From assembly GCF_000020025.1 (NCBI RefSeq), contig NC_010628.1, forward strand, positions 7,320,001 to 7,352,000: a stretch of DNA of 32,000 bases. Direction: 5' to 3'. The first letter of the stretch is position 1, and the number at the start of each line of letters is the position of its first letter. Below, piece after piece: positions 8,630 through 16,885 of the stretch. The stretch comes from Nostoc punctiforme PCC 73102. GTDB taxonomy: Bacteria > Cyanobacteriota > Cyanobacteriia > Cyanobacteriales > Nostocaceae. Made by a program: the position numbers and the translations under genes. The notes under the pieces are model-generated. The model saw only the letters and a list, made by a program, of their open reading frames with translations. It had not been told where the DNA came from and made no database searches.

Positions 8630-8942
8630 GGTTATTTCAAAAAGTCTAACGCTGATACCGGATAAGTTTTGGTTAAATTTAGGTTAGGATGAGGTTAAAA
8701 AAAATTATTATTCATAAGAGTTAATTATTGAAAGTTTTTTATTAATCTCGTCATCTTGTTTGTGGGCAAGAATACATCAAACTATGTTAAGGAATATAAA
8801 ATCAAGTAAATTGGCTCTTAGTAAGCGGCTTTAGCCCTGATTACAAACCTTCAATATTCATGCACACTTAATTTAACTCTGCCGCTTAGACCAGAGGCGG
8901 AGCCTTCTAGTTGCATTTGCAGTTAGAGCTGAGAAGGAGATT

Positions 8943-9050
8943 ATGAAGTTTTTAAAGGGTTGGGTTGAAGTTGAGCTAGATGAAAAATGTTTTGTATACA
9001 CCACGTTTTACATCTATATAAGAATTGCAATATCTATGGTTTTAATATAA
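8943..9050 (+). CDS. Candidate 35-codon small ORF (MKFLKGWVEVELDEKCFVYTTFYIYIRIAISMVLI)
   Basis: A strong SD-like GAGAAGGAG ends 4 nt before the ATG. The C-terminus is hydrophobic. I recognise no homology. Confidence 0.2.
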   Translation: MKFLKGWVEVELDEKCFVYTTFYIYIRIAISMVLI

Positions 9051-9158
9051 AGTCAACTCACTTAAAAAGTGTACTCCCGATGGCTGATTGACAAATGTAG
9101 CCCTCTTACAAACATGACATTTTCTGGTTTAATGCCAGAAGATATACCACCAATGTAA

Positions 9159-10130
9159 TTAACTTGACTTTTTCGGATTCTGGTAGATATACAGCGAAGA
9201 TATTGCATTTAAATCTACTTCTTTCTGGTCATCTTCATTTTCATTAGTATTTTTAAATAGAACTGTAAACGCACCAGCACCTAACCTATCTTGAGGAAAC
9301 ATCCGATAACAAGGTATTGTAGTTAAATGGGACTGATATTTAGTTAAATTACTAATTTCCATCGCCTGAAACTGGGGAAAGCGTTCCAAAAACCATTCGC
9401 AAACTTGCTCATTTTCTTCGGGCGAATATGTGCAAGTCATATAAGCTAAATAACCTTGTGATGAAACAAGTTTAGCAGAGTTAGCTATAATCCGCTTTTG
9501 GCGATTTGCACTTTTGTTAATAGCAGTTGGGTGAAAACATCCGGGTGCTTTTTCACCTTTAGCCAGTAAAGATTGCCCAGTGCAAGGAGCATCTACTATT
9601 ACTAAATTGCTAAAATAGGGAAACATTTCGGCAAATATACTCGAATCTCTATTAACTACTGCACTAGGGCTAATCTGGCAACGCTTCAAATTAGAAATTA
9701 GCATTCCTAGACGTTTGCCAATTACTTCATTACTGATGAGTAATTCAGGTTGCAAAGCTTTCCAAGCAAAGATACTTTTACCTCCTGGCGCGGCACACAT
9801 ATCAAAAACTAAACGCACTGACTGAGGAATTGCTAACAAAGTAGTAGCTGCAAATATCGAAGAGAAATCTAAACAATAGAAATATCCTTGTTGATGCAAG
9901 GGATGCTGACCGGGCTTTTCTCCCAAGGATAAACGGTCAGTAAATTGTGGTTGCCAATAGATTGGTGTTTCCACTGGTAAAGGTGAAATATTTAGTTTTT
10001 CTTTACACCAAAGAATACTAGGTAAGAAAGGCTGAGGATTCATTAAAGCCTCAATAAATTTTTCTTGTTCATCTAGATTAGCGAACAAACGCCGTGAGAC
10101 TTTAAGTAATAAATTAGAAGGTTTTTCCAT
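9159..10130 (-). CDS. RsmB/NOP2/Sun-family SAM-dependent RNA m5C methyltransferase
   Basis: CAAPGGKS (SAM motif I), DAPCTGQS and the MTCTYSPEENE catalytic Cys motifs are present. Confidence 0.85.
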   Translation of the reverse strand: MEKPSNLLLKVSRRLFANLDEQEKFIEALMNPQPFLPSILWCKEKLNISPLPVETPIYWQPQFTDRLSLGEKPGQHPLHQQGYFYCLDFSSIFAATTLLAIPQSVRLVFDMCAAPGGKSIFAWKALQPELLISNEVIGKRLGMLISNLKRCQISPSAVVNRDSSIFAEMFPYFSNLVIVDAPCTGQSLLAKGEKAPGCFHPTAINKSANRQKRIIANSAKLVSSQGYLAYMTCTYSPEENEQVCEWFLERFPQFQAMEISNLTKYQSHLTTIPCYRMFPQDRLGAGAFTVLFKNTNENEDDQKEVDLNAISSLYIYQNPKKSS

Positions 10131-10358
10131 CTGGATATATAAATAATAAAATTTTTCACAAATCAGAGTAGAGATGCAATTGTGTGGAAATTAATATGAA
10201 AGATGACGCTTCTTAATTACGAATTAGGTTGTATCAAAATCCAAATCAAACTGTTACACAAGAACAATGTAATGAAGCCTTTTGGCTTCATACTCAAAAT
10301 ATAATGACCGCCATTCAGAACGCAATGGCCAAGCTACCCCACTGCACCGGAGAAGGTC

Positions 10359-11777
10359 ATGTTCTTAGATAGTTTTCCGCAAAAGTTACGCAAAGAAGCA
10401 CAACTATGGAGGGATGAAGGATTAATTAGTTCTTCGCTGTATGAGCAAATAGCAGAACGTTATCAATTTAAAAACCTGGAAGCTGCTGTACGCGATCGCA
10501 ATAAAGCAATAGCAATCGCTGTAGGCAGCATCCTTCTGTGCTTAGGCATAATTACCTTTGTATCAGGAAACTGGCAAGGAGGTTCGCGGGAAGTCAAATT
10601 TATTCTCATGATGAGTTTGTTTTTTGCGATCGCGATTACCGGTTTTTACAATTGGATAACACCTGAAGGGAAGAAGCCGCAAAAAAGTAAACGCTTACTG
10701 GGAGAAGGATTGCTCATTTTAAGCGCCTTCATTTTCGGCGCAAACATACTGCTGATGGCCCAGATGTTCAATATCGCCGGTTCAACTTCCCAACTTTTTC
10801 TCGCCTGGGGATTGGGTGTTGTGGTGATGGCCTTCAGTTTGTGCATAAATTCTTTAGGAATTCTGTCAATTATCCTCGTGGAAATCGGGTATTGGACGGG
10901 ATTAGAAGACTTATGGTACGCAACAGGAGAGTTAACTTGGTCGCGGCTAGTGGTGCAGCATTTGCCTTTGTTAGCATGGCTGGTGTTTGTCCCCTTAGCC
11001 TACTTCTGCCGATCGCGTTGGATTTTTGGTCTAGCAGCCTTTGTTTTCGCTAGTTCCTTACAAGCTAACCTTAATCCTCTGCCACTGCTGAATTATGCCG
11101 ATATAGCGCCTTGGGTGGCATCTTTTGCTTTTGCACTCCCACCTGCATTATTCTGGAGTTATGATGATCTGCTGTTTCCAACCATAAATTACAGATTGTT
11201 TCAATCTCTGGCACGTAATTTGGCGTTGGTTAGCTTTGGTGGAGTGTTTTATGTTTTGTCTTTTCGTTGGGTTTGGGAATCTGCAAATTATGGTTATAAT
11301 CAGCCAACGAACTTGACAAACTTGTTCCAGTCTCTGCCGATCATCGATTTGGGGATTCTCAGTGGCTTGGCGGTATTGCAATGGTTATTTCTACTGCGTC
11401 AAAGAAATAATCCTCCGCGCCGCGAAGTGATTTTCACAACTGCTGTTATTGGTACTTTTCTTGCCTTTATTGCTATAGTACCTTTTTGGCATCAAACTAT
11501 CAGTCGGATTGATGAACTTGGTGTTTTTATTTTCAATGTACTTCTAGCAACATTAGCCTGGGGACTAATTCAAGAAGGATTGAAATTAAGCAATAGAAGT
11601 TCCTTTTGGGGCGGTATGTTGTTAGTAACACTGCAAATTATCAGTCGCGTGCAAGAGTACGACACCGACTTACTTTTCAAGTCTCTAGTCTTTATCTTGT
11701 GCGGTTCTGCTTTAATTAGCGCTGGACTCTGGTTTGAACGCCGTTTACCTGGTGGTAGCTCTGCAAGTAAAAAGTAG
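10359..11777 (+). CDS. DUF2157-type polytopic membrane protein
   Basis: 472 aa. A soluble N-terminal helix (LRKEAQLWRDEGLISSSLYEQIAERY) is followed by more than 10 hydrophobic segments. GGAGAAGG lies upstream of the ATG. Confidence 0.75.
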   Translation: MFLDSFPQKLRKEAQLWRDEGLISSSLYEQIAERYQFKNLEAAVRDRNKAIAIAVGSILLCLGIITFVSGNWQGGSREVKFILMMSLFFAIAITGFYNWITPEGKKPQKSKRLLGEGLLILSAFIFGANILLMAQMFNIAGSTSQLFLAWGLGVVVMAFSLCINSLGILSIILVEIGYWTGLEDLWYATGELTWSRLVVQHLPLLAWLVFVPLAYFCRSRWIFGLAAFVFASSLQANLNPLPLLNYADIAPWVASFAFALPPALFWSYDDLLFPTINYRLFQSLARNLALVSFGGVFYVLSFRWVWESANYGYNQPTNLTNLFQSLPIIDLGILSGLAVLQWLFLLRQRNNPPRREVIFTTAVIGTFLAFIAIVPFWHQTISRIDELGVFIFNVLLATLAWGLIQEGLKLSNRSSFWGGMLLVTLQIISRVQEYDTDLLFKSLVFILCGSALISAGLWFERRLPGGSSASKK

Positions 11778-11935
11778 TACAAATTCAGAATGGGCTAAAC
11801 GCCCCGCTAACAGAATTCAAAAATCTCCCCATCATCAACATCTCTGTGCGTCAAAAATTTTAAAGTTTCTCTGCGTTAGTCCTAATCTCGTTACTTTTGA
11901 CCTCCTCAATTCCTCTGCTTTTTAGGACTACGCTC

Positions 11936-12646
11936 ATGACTAATAGTTCTTCTGAATCTAAAAATAAAACCTTGTCTCCCGAAGCCGAGTTCTCCAGTAA
12001 GGTGACTTTTCGGGATTACTTGATTGCTACTGAACAAAAATCGAATAAGCCCTTACCTTTTTGGCGGTTACTAGCTCCCCTGGCGCTGCAAACAGGGTTA
12101 ATTATGGCAGTACCAGCCCAAGCCGTTTATACAGATGTGACAGGTAAAACGGTGATTTTGCAAACCGTACCTGTAGACCCAAACAATGTACTAGACGGTA
12201 ATACCTTAGCGCTAGATTACAACATATCCCGTCCCGCAAATTTGAGGAGATTACCTGGTTGGCAAACATTAGTCAGTAAAGGTCGTGGAAGCGGCAGAAG
12301 ATTGCCTGAAGGAACCAATATCTACGTGACTTTGCAAGAGCAAATATCCTATGGTAGCGGTGTTCCTAAAGCTTGGAGACCGTTACGAGTCAGTAGCGAT
12401 CGCCCAACATCTCTAAGAGCCAATCAGGTGGCCTTAAAAGGCGTTTATCAAGATGGTTCAGTTAACTACGGTTTGGAAACCTATTACATCCCAGAAAACC
12501 AACGGCGACAGATTACCAACGATTTGCGAACCCAACGCGCCCGTAGAGGACAAGTACCCCCCATTGTGGTGAAGGCGAAAGTAGATCCACAGGGTAAGGC
12601 GGTTCCAGTTAGTATGTGGGTGCGCGATCGCAACTATCGCTTTTAA
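11936..12646 (+). CDS. GDYXXLXY domain protein
   Basis: One N-terminal TM segment, then a variant signature DGNTLALDY. The gene sits immediately downstream of DUF2157, which is the usual pairing. The ATG at 11936 is preferred over the TTG at 11897. Confidence 0.7.
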   Translation: MTNSSSESKNKTLSPEAEFSSKVTFRDYLIATEQKSNKPLPFWRLLAPLALQTGLIMAVPAQAVYTDVTGKTVILQTVPVDPNNVLDGNTLALDYNISRPANLRRLPGWQTLVSKGRGSGRRLPEGTNIYVTLQEQISYGSGVPKAWRPLRVSSDRPTSLRANQVALKGVYQDGSVNYGLETYYIPENQRRQITNDLRTQRARRGQVPPIVVKAKVDPQGKAVPVSMWVRDRNYRF

Positions 12647-12690
12647 GCTGTTAGGTAAAGTATGTAAACATGGAAGGTTTATTTCCAAAG

Positions 12691-12729
12691 TTCTGAGCGT
12701 CACCAGCCGGCGCTCAGAATTTTCTGTTT
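12691..12729 (+). terminator. Rho-independent terminator
   Basis: ttctgagcg-(11 nt loop)-cgctcagaa, followed by ttttctgttt. Confidence 0.65.
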
Positions 12730-12746
12730 GTCATTAGACTTTTCCG

Positions 12747-12793
12747 AAAACCCTTGTACAGATGTAGCATTGCTACGCCTCTACAAGGGTTTT
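12747..12793. repeat. Long hairpin of the TTGTA(C/G)AGA family between convergent genes
   Basis: aaaacccttgta ... tacaagggtttt is the outer stem. The inner hairpin is gtagc-att-gctac. Confidence 0.5.
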
Positions 12794-12832
12794 AGATACG
12801 ACATAATTAATTGCTGGAGACACTGACTACTA

Positions 12833-13258
12833 CTAAGGCACAATCAGCACTGGGCAAGGAGAAAGGTTAATCACGCGAGTTGTCACACTATCATCCGCTC
12901 CCTCTTCAGTCAAGCCTAGCCCTCGGCAGCCCATAATAATTAAATCAGCCCCAATTTCATCCGCGACATCGCAGATAGTAAAAGCTGGTTTACCTTGCCT
13001 TTCTAGAATTTCGGATTGAATTCCTTGCCCAGAAAATAAAGATTGGGCATTTTCTAGCAGTTTTGCAACTACTTCTGGTGAAACCATCGGATCTGCACTA
13101 GGCGCATCTGGAGCATCTGGAGGCGGTTCTTCTACCACAGACAGCAGCACCAAGCGACTGCTGTACTTTTTGACTACGTTGGTAACAACATCAGCAGCTT
13201 CCCGCGTTTCCCGGCTTTGATCGATAGGAAATAGTACTGTCTTAAATATCTCTGTCAC
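12833..13258 (-). CDS. Universal stress protein (UspA family)
   Basis: 141 aa with C-terminal MGCRGLG...DSVTTRVINLSPCPVLIVP. Confidence 0.85.
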   Translation of the reverse strand: MTEIFKTVLFPIDQSRETREAADVVTNVVKKYSSRLVLLSVVEEPPPDAPDAPSADPMVSPEVVAKLLENAQSLFSGQGIQSEILERQGKPAFTICDVADEIGADLIIMGCRGLGLTEEGADDSVTTRVINLSPCPVLIVP

Positions 13259-13338
13259 TTGGGTACCCCTGACTCCGGTAAAATCTTGATGGTTCTACTT
13301 TCAAAACAATAACAAAAAGGCAATCAGGAGAGTTTGGT

Positions 13339-14541
13339 GTGTCCAAAAAAAGTTTAGCAAGTTTATCTTCAGCTGATATATCTGGGAAACGTGCCTTAGT
13401 GCGGGTTGACTTTAATGTGCCTGTGGACGATCAAGGCAAGATTACCGACGATACTCGCATTCGCGCCGCTCTACCAACCATCCAAGATTTAACGCAGAAG
13501 GGTGCTAAAGTCATTCTCGCAAGTCATTTTGGCCGTCCCAAAGGTGTGGATGACAAATTACGCCTAACTCCCGTTGCCAAGCGTCTCTCTGAGTTACTGG
13601 GGCAAGAAGTCATTAAAACTGATGACTCCATCGGCGATGAAGTTGCAGCGAAAGTTGCCGCTTTGCAAAATGGCCAAGTGCTATTACTAGAAAATGTCCG
13701 TTTTTATCCAGAAGAAGAGAAAAACGATGCAGAATTTGCCAAAAAATTGGCAGCCAATGCTGATTTTTATGTAAATGATGCTTTTGGTACTGCACACCGC
13801 GCCCATGCTTCTACTGAAGGCGTGACTAAATTCCTTAGCCCTTCTGTGGCTGGATATTTAGTTGAGAAGGAATTGCAATATCTGCAAAACGCTATTGAAA
13901 ATCCCCAACGTCCTTTGGCGGCAATTATTGGCGGTTCCAAAGTTTCCAGCAAAATTGGTGTAATTGAAACCCTGCTGGAGAAGTGCGACAAGCTGATTAT
14001 TGGCGGTGGGATGATTTTCACCTTCTACAAAGCCCGTGGTTTGAGTGTTGGTAAGTCGTTGGTAGAAGAAGACAAGCTAGAACTAGCGAAGTCTTTAGAA
14101 GCTAAGGCTAAAGAACGGGGTGTTGCTTTATTGCTGCCTACAGATGTGGTATTGGCAGATAACTTTGCCCCTGATGCCAATTCTCAAACCGTTAGCATTG
14201 AGAATATCCCCGATGGTTGGATGGGTTTGGATATTGGGCCAGACTCGGTGAAATTTTTCCAAGAAGCCCTTGCAGATACCAAAACGGTTATTTGGAACGG
14301 GCCAATGGGTGTATTTGAGTTTGATAAGTTTGCGGCAGGTACGGAAGCGATCGCTCATACTCTCGCTGAAATCGGTAAAACTGGTACAACCACCATCATC
14401 GGTGGTGGTGACTCAGTAGCGGCTGTGGAAAAGGTTGGTTTAGCAGACCAAATGAGCCACATTTCGACCGGCGGCGGCGCTAGCTTGGAGTTACTTGAAG
14501 GCAAAGTATTGCCTGGAATTGCAGCTTTAGATGATGCGTAA
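13339..14541 (+). CDS. pgk: Phosphoglycerate kinase
   Basis: 400 aa with a GTG start. [16 protein letters not shown] and GGGDS motifs are present. Confidence 0.97.
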   Translation: MSKKSLASLSSADISGKRALVRVDFNVPVDDQGKITDDTRIRAALPTIQDLTQKGAKVILASHFGRPKGVDDKLRLTPVAKRLSELLGQEVIKTDDSIGDEVAAKVAALQNGQVLLLENVRFYPEEEKNDAEFAKKLAANADFYVNDAFGTAHRAHASTEGVTKFLSPSVAGYLVEKELQYLQNAIENPQRPLAAIIGGSKVSSKIGVIETLLEKCDKLIIGGGMIFTFYKARGLSVGKSLVEEDKLELAKSLEAKAKERGVALLLPTDVVLADNFAPDANSQTVSIENIPDGWMGLDIGPDSVKFFQEALADTKTVIWNGPMGVFEFDKFAAGTEAIAHTLAEIGKTGTTTIIGGGDSVAAVEKVGLADQMSHISTGGGASLELLEGKVLPGIAALDDA

Positions 14542-14549
14542 GTAAAGAA

Positions 14550-14654
14550 GGGGGAATGGGGAATAGGGAATGGGAAATAAGATTAAAAATACTATTTTCC
14601 AATCCCAATGCCCAATCCCCAATGCCCAACTCCCAGTACCCGATCCCCAATCCC
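14550..14654. repeat. STRR1-type heptamer arrays (GGGGAAT then CCCCAAT) forming an inverted repeat
   Basis: gggggaatggggaatagggaatgggaaat ... ccaatcccaatgcccaatccccaatgcccaactccc. Confidence 0.7.
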
Positions 14655-14659
14655 TAAAT

Positions 14660-15277
14660 ATGGAAACTAAATGGCTGGAATGGGCGCAAAAGTTACAAGC
14701 GATCGCTCAAAATGGTCTAACCTATTCTGAAGGGCCTTTTGATATTGAACGCTATAAACAATTACGAGCGATCGCCACAGAAATCATGGCGACTTACTCG
14801 AACGTAGAACACAGCTATGTCCTCGATTTATTTAGCCGTGAAGTCGGATATGCAACTCCCAAAGTTGACGTGCGGGCGGCGATTTTTTACGAAAATACTA
14901 TATTGTTAGTCAAAGAAAAAGCTGACGGTTGCTGGAGTTTACCTGGTGGATGGGCTGATGTTGGCGAGTCGCCCAGTGAAGTAGTTGTGAAAGAAGTATA
15001 TGAAGAATCTGGATATCAAGCACGCGCTATTAAATTACTAGCAGTTTATGACAGAAACAAACAGGGACATCCACCATTGCCTTTTTATGTCTATAAGCTG
15101 TTTTTTAAATGTGAACTTATCGGTGGTTCTCCATCATCAAGTATTGAAACTGAAGATGTAGGTTTTTTCTCTGAAGATGCGTTACCAGAACTTTCTTTGG
15201 GACGGGTGACACCAGCGCAAATTACGCGACTTTTTCAACATTATCGCCAACCAGACTTACCGACAGATTTTGATTAA
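14660..15277 (+). CDS. NUDIX hydrolase with an N-terminal NUDIX_N-type helical domain
   Basis: METKWLEWAQKLQAIAQNGLTY N-domain. The Nudix box is GGWADVGESPSEVVVKEVYEESG. The ORF-track start at 14570 lies inside the STRR array. Confidence 0.85.
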   Translation: METKWLEWAQKLQAIAQNGLTYSEGPFDIERYKQLRAIATEIMATYSNVEHSYVLDLFSREVGYATPKVDVRAAIFYENTILLVKEKADGCWSLPGGWADVGESPSEVVVKEVYEESGYQARAIKLLAVYDRNKQGHPPLPFYVYKLFFKCELIGGSPSSSIETEDVGFFSEDALPELSLGRVTPAQITRLFQHYRQPDLPTDFD

Positions 15278-15296
15278 CAATTAGACACGGTTACTT

Positions 15297-16655
15297 TTAA
15301 GGAAATATTGCTAACTGGGTTTCTGGGTCAAAAAAGTGAATTTTCTCTGGAGTTAGAGATAACCATAGTTGCTCACCAGGTTGTACCAGACGGTCTGGTG
15401 GGATTCGTACTTGTAGGGAATTTGCTGTAGTAGCAGGCTGAGAACCAGGTTCGGCAATCTTAACAGCGAGAAAGGAATCGTTGCCGAGATTCTCTACTAA
15501 ATCTACTTGCACTGGTAAATTTTTGGTGGCAGGCATACTCAAGTTCAAGTGTTCTGGGCGAATGCCTAAAATTAGAGTTTTCCCATCATATTTTTGTAGG
15601 GCTTTTCCCCAAACTTCTGGCAGGGTGAAACGCAACTGAGAATGAGTAATTAACTGCGGGGCATGAAATTCCACAGGAATAAAATTCATCGGTGGTGAGC
15701 CAATGAACTCTGCGACAAAAAGATTGGCAGGACGGTTGTAAAGTTCTAGGGGAGAAGCAACTTGCTGAATTTTACCCTCAGACATAATCGCAATGCGATC
15801 GCCCATTGTCATCGCTTCTGTTTGATCGTGGGTAACGTAAATTGTCGTTGTCCCCAGTTGGCGCTGCAATTTGACAATTTGGGCGCGGGTTTCTGCCCGC
15901 AATTTGGCATCTAAGTTAGAAAGCGGCTCATCCATTAAGAATACTTGGGGGTCACGTGCGATCGCTCTTCCCAATGCAACCCGTTGTCTTTGTCCCCCAG
16001 AGAGCTGTTTGGGTAAGCGATTCAGCAATGTTTCAATTTGCAACAATTGGGCAACACTGCGCACCTGCCGATCCACCGCTCGTTCTTTCTCAGAAGTGTA
16101 GCGCAATCCTTTAGGTAACTTTCTTGTCGCCCCCACGAAGAGATTTTCTGCCCACGTCCGAAGATAGGGAGTATTTTCTCCTTTGCTCCCCCGGTTACTG
16201 AGCGCAGTCGTTGGCGCAGCCTCTCGTGGAGAAGTATGCTCCTCGGCTCCCCTGCTTCCCCTACGGCGCAGTCCAAAAGCGATGTTGTCATACACCGTCA
16301 TGTGGGGATAGAGGGCGTAATTTTGAAACACCATTGCGATATCGCGTTCTTTTGGTGGTAGATCATTGATTAAGCGATCGCCTACCCAGATATTACCGCC
16401 AGTCATTACTTCTAACCCAGCGATTAACCGTAGCAAGGTACTTTTCCCACAACCAGAAGGGCCTACCAGCACCATAAACTCGCCATCTGCGATCGTTAGG
16501 TTAATCCGCCGCAAGACGTTAACACTTCCCGCACGTTCTTGCGCTGCATCAGTTTTCTCCCCAGTCGTGGGGGAAGATTGGTTTTGTGAGGTAACACCTT
16601 CACCTTTACGTGAGGAAAAACTTTTATAAACGTTTTCTAAAATAACTTGGGACAC
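15297..16655 (-). CDS. MalK/UgpC-like ABC transporter ATP-binding protein carrying two in-frame insertions
   Basis: Walker A GPSGCGKST, Q-loop, LSGGQRQRVALGRA and Walker B FLMDEPLSNLD are present, plus a C-terminal TOBE-like regulatory domain. The start is GTG. Confidence 0.9.
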   Translation of the reverse strand: MSQVILENVYKSFSSRKGEGVTSQNQSSPTTGEKTDAAQERAGSVNVLRRINLTIADGEFMVLVGPSGCGKSTLLRLIAGLEVMTGGNIWVGDRLINDLPPKERDIAMVFQNYALYPHMTVYDNIAFGLRRRGSRGAEEHTSPREAAPTTALSNRGSKGENTPYLRTWAENLFVGATRKLPKGLRYTSEKERAVDRQVRSVAQLLQIETLLNRLPKQLSGGQRQRVALGRAIARDPQVFLMDEPLSNLDAKLRAETRAQIVKLQRQLGTTTIYVTHDQTEAMTMGDRIAIMSEGKIQQVASPLELYNRPANLFVAEFIGSPPMNFIPVEFHAPQLITHSQLRFTLPEVWGKALQKYDGKTLILGIRPEHLNLSMPATKNLPVQVDLVENLGNDSFLAVKIAEPGSQPATTANSLQVRIPPDRLVQPGEQLWLSLTPEKIHFFDPETQLAIFP

Positions 16656-16664
16656 AACTAATTA

Positions 16665-16773
16665 TTGTCATTGGGGATTGGGCACTTGTACTGAGCGACT
16701 TGCCTTGAGCGAAGTCGAAAGGAGCCGAAGTATGGGGCATTGGGCATTGGATTTGGACTAATGACCAATGACA
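16665..16773. repeat. Inverted-repeat-bounded STRR element with an SDR nested in its centre
   Basis: The termini are ttgtcattgg ... ccaatgaca. The core actgagcgacttgccttgagcgaagtcgaaaggagccgaagtatg is flanked by GGGGATT/GGGCATT heptamers. Confidence 0.6.
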
Positions 16774-16885
16774 GTTTAGCGCCCATCATAATACACCTTC
16801 TATGTAAATACGAAAAGTTAAAAAAACAGCTTGCACTATCAAAAGCAAACTACCCTAAATTTTAGGGCTGTCAGGAGGTGTTGTG

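Noticed and set aside
14550-14654. Tandem short repeats here might be CRISPR arrays. The same applies at 23655-23702, 24269-24317, 26797-26901 and 28737-28786.
   Set aside because: The repeat period is 7 nt with no spacers and no cas genes. These are the STRR heptamer arrays typical of heterocystous cyanobacteria, often arranged as inverted pairs that act as spacer hairpins.
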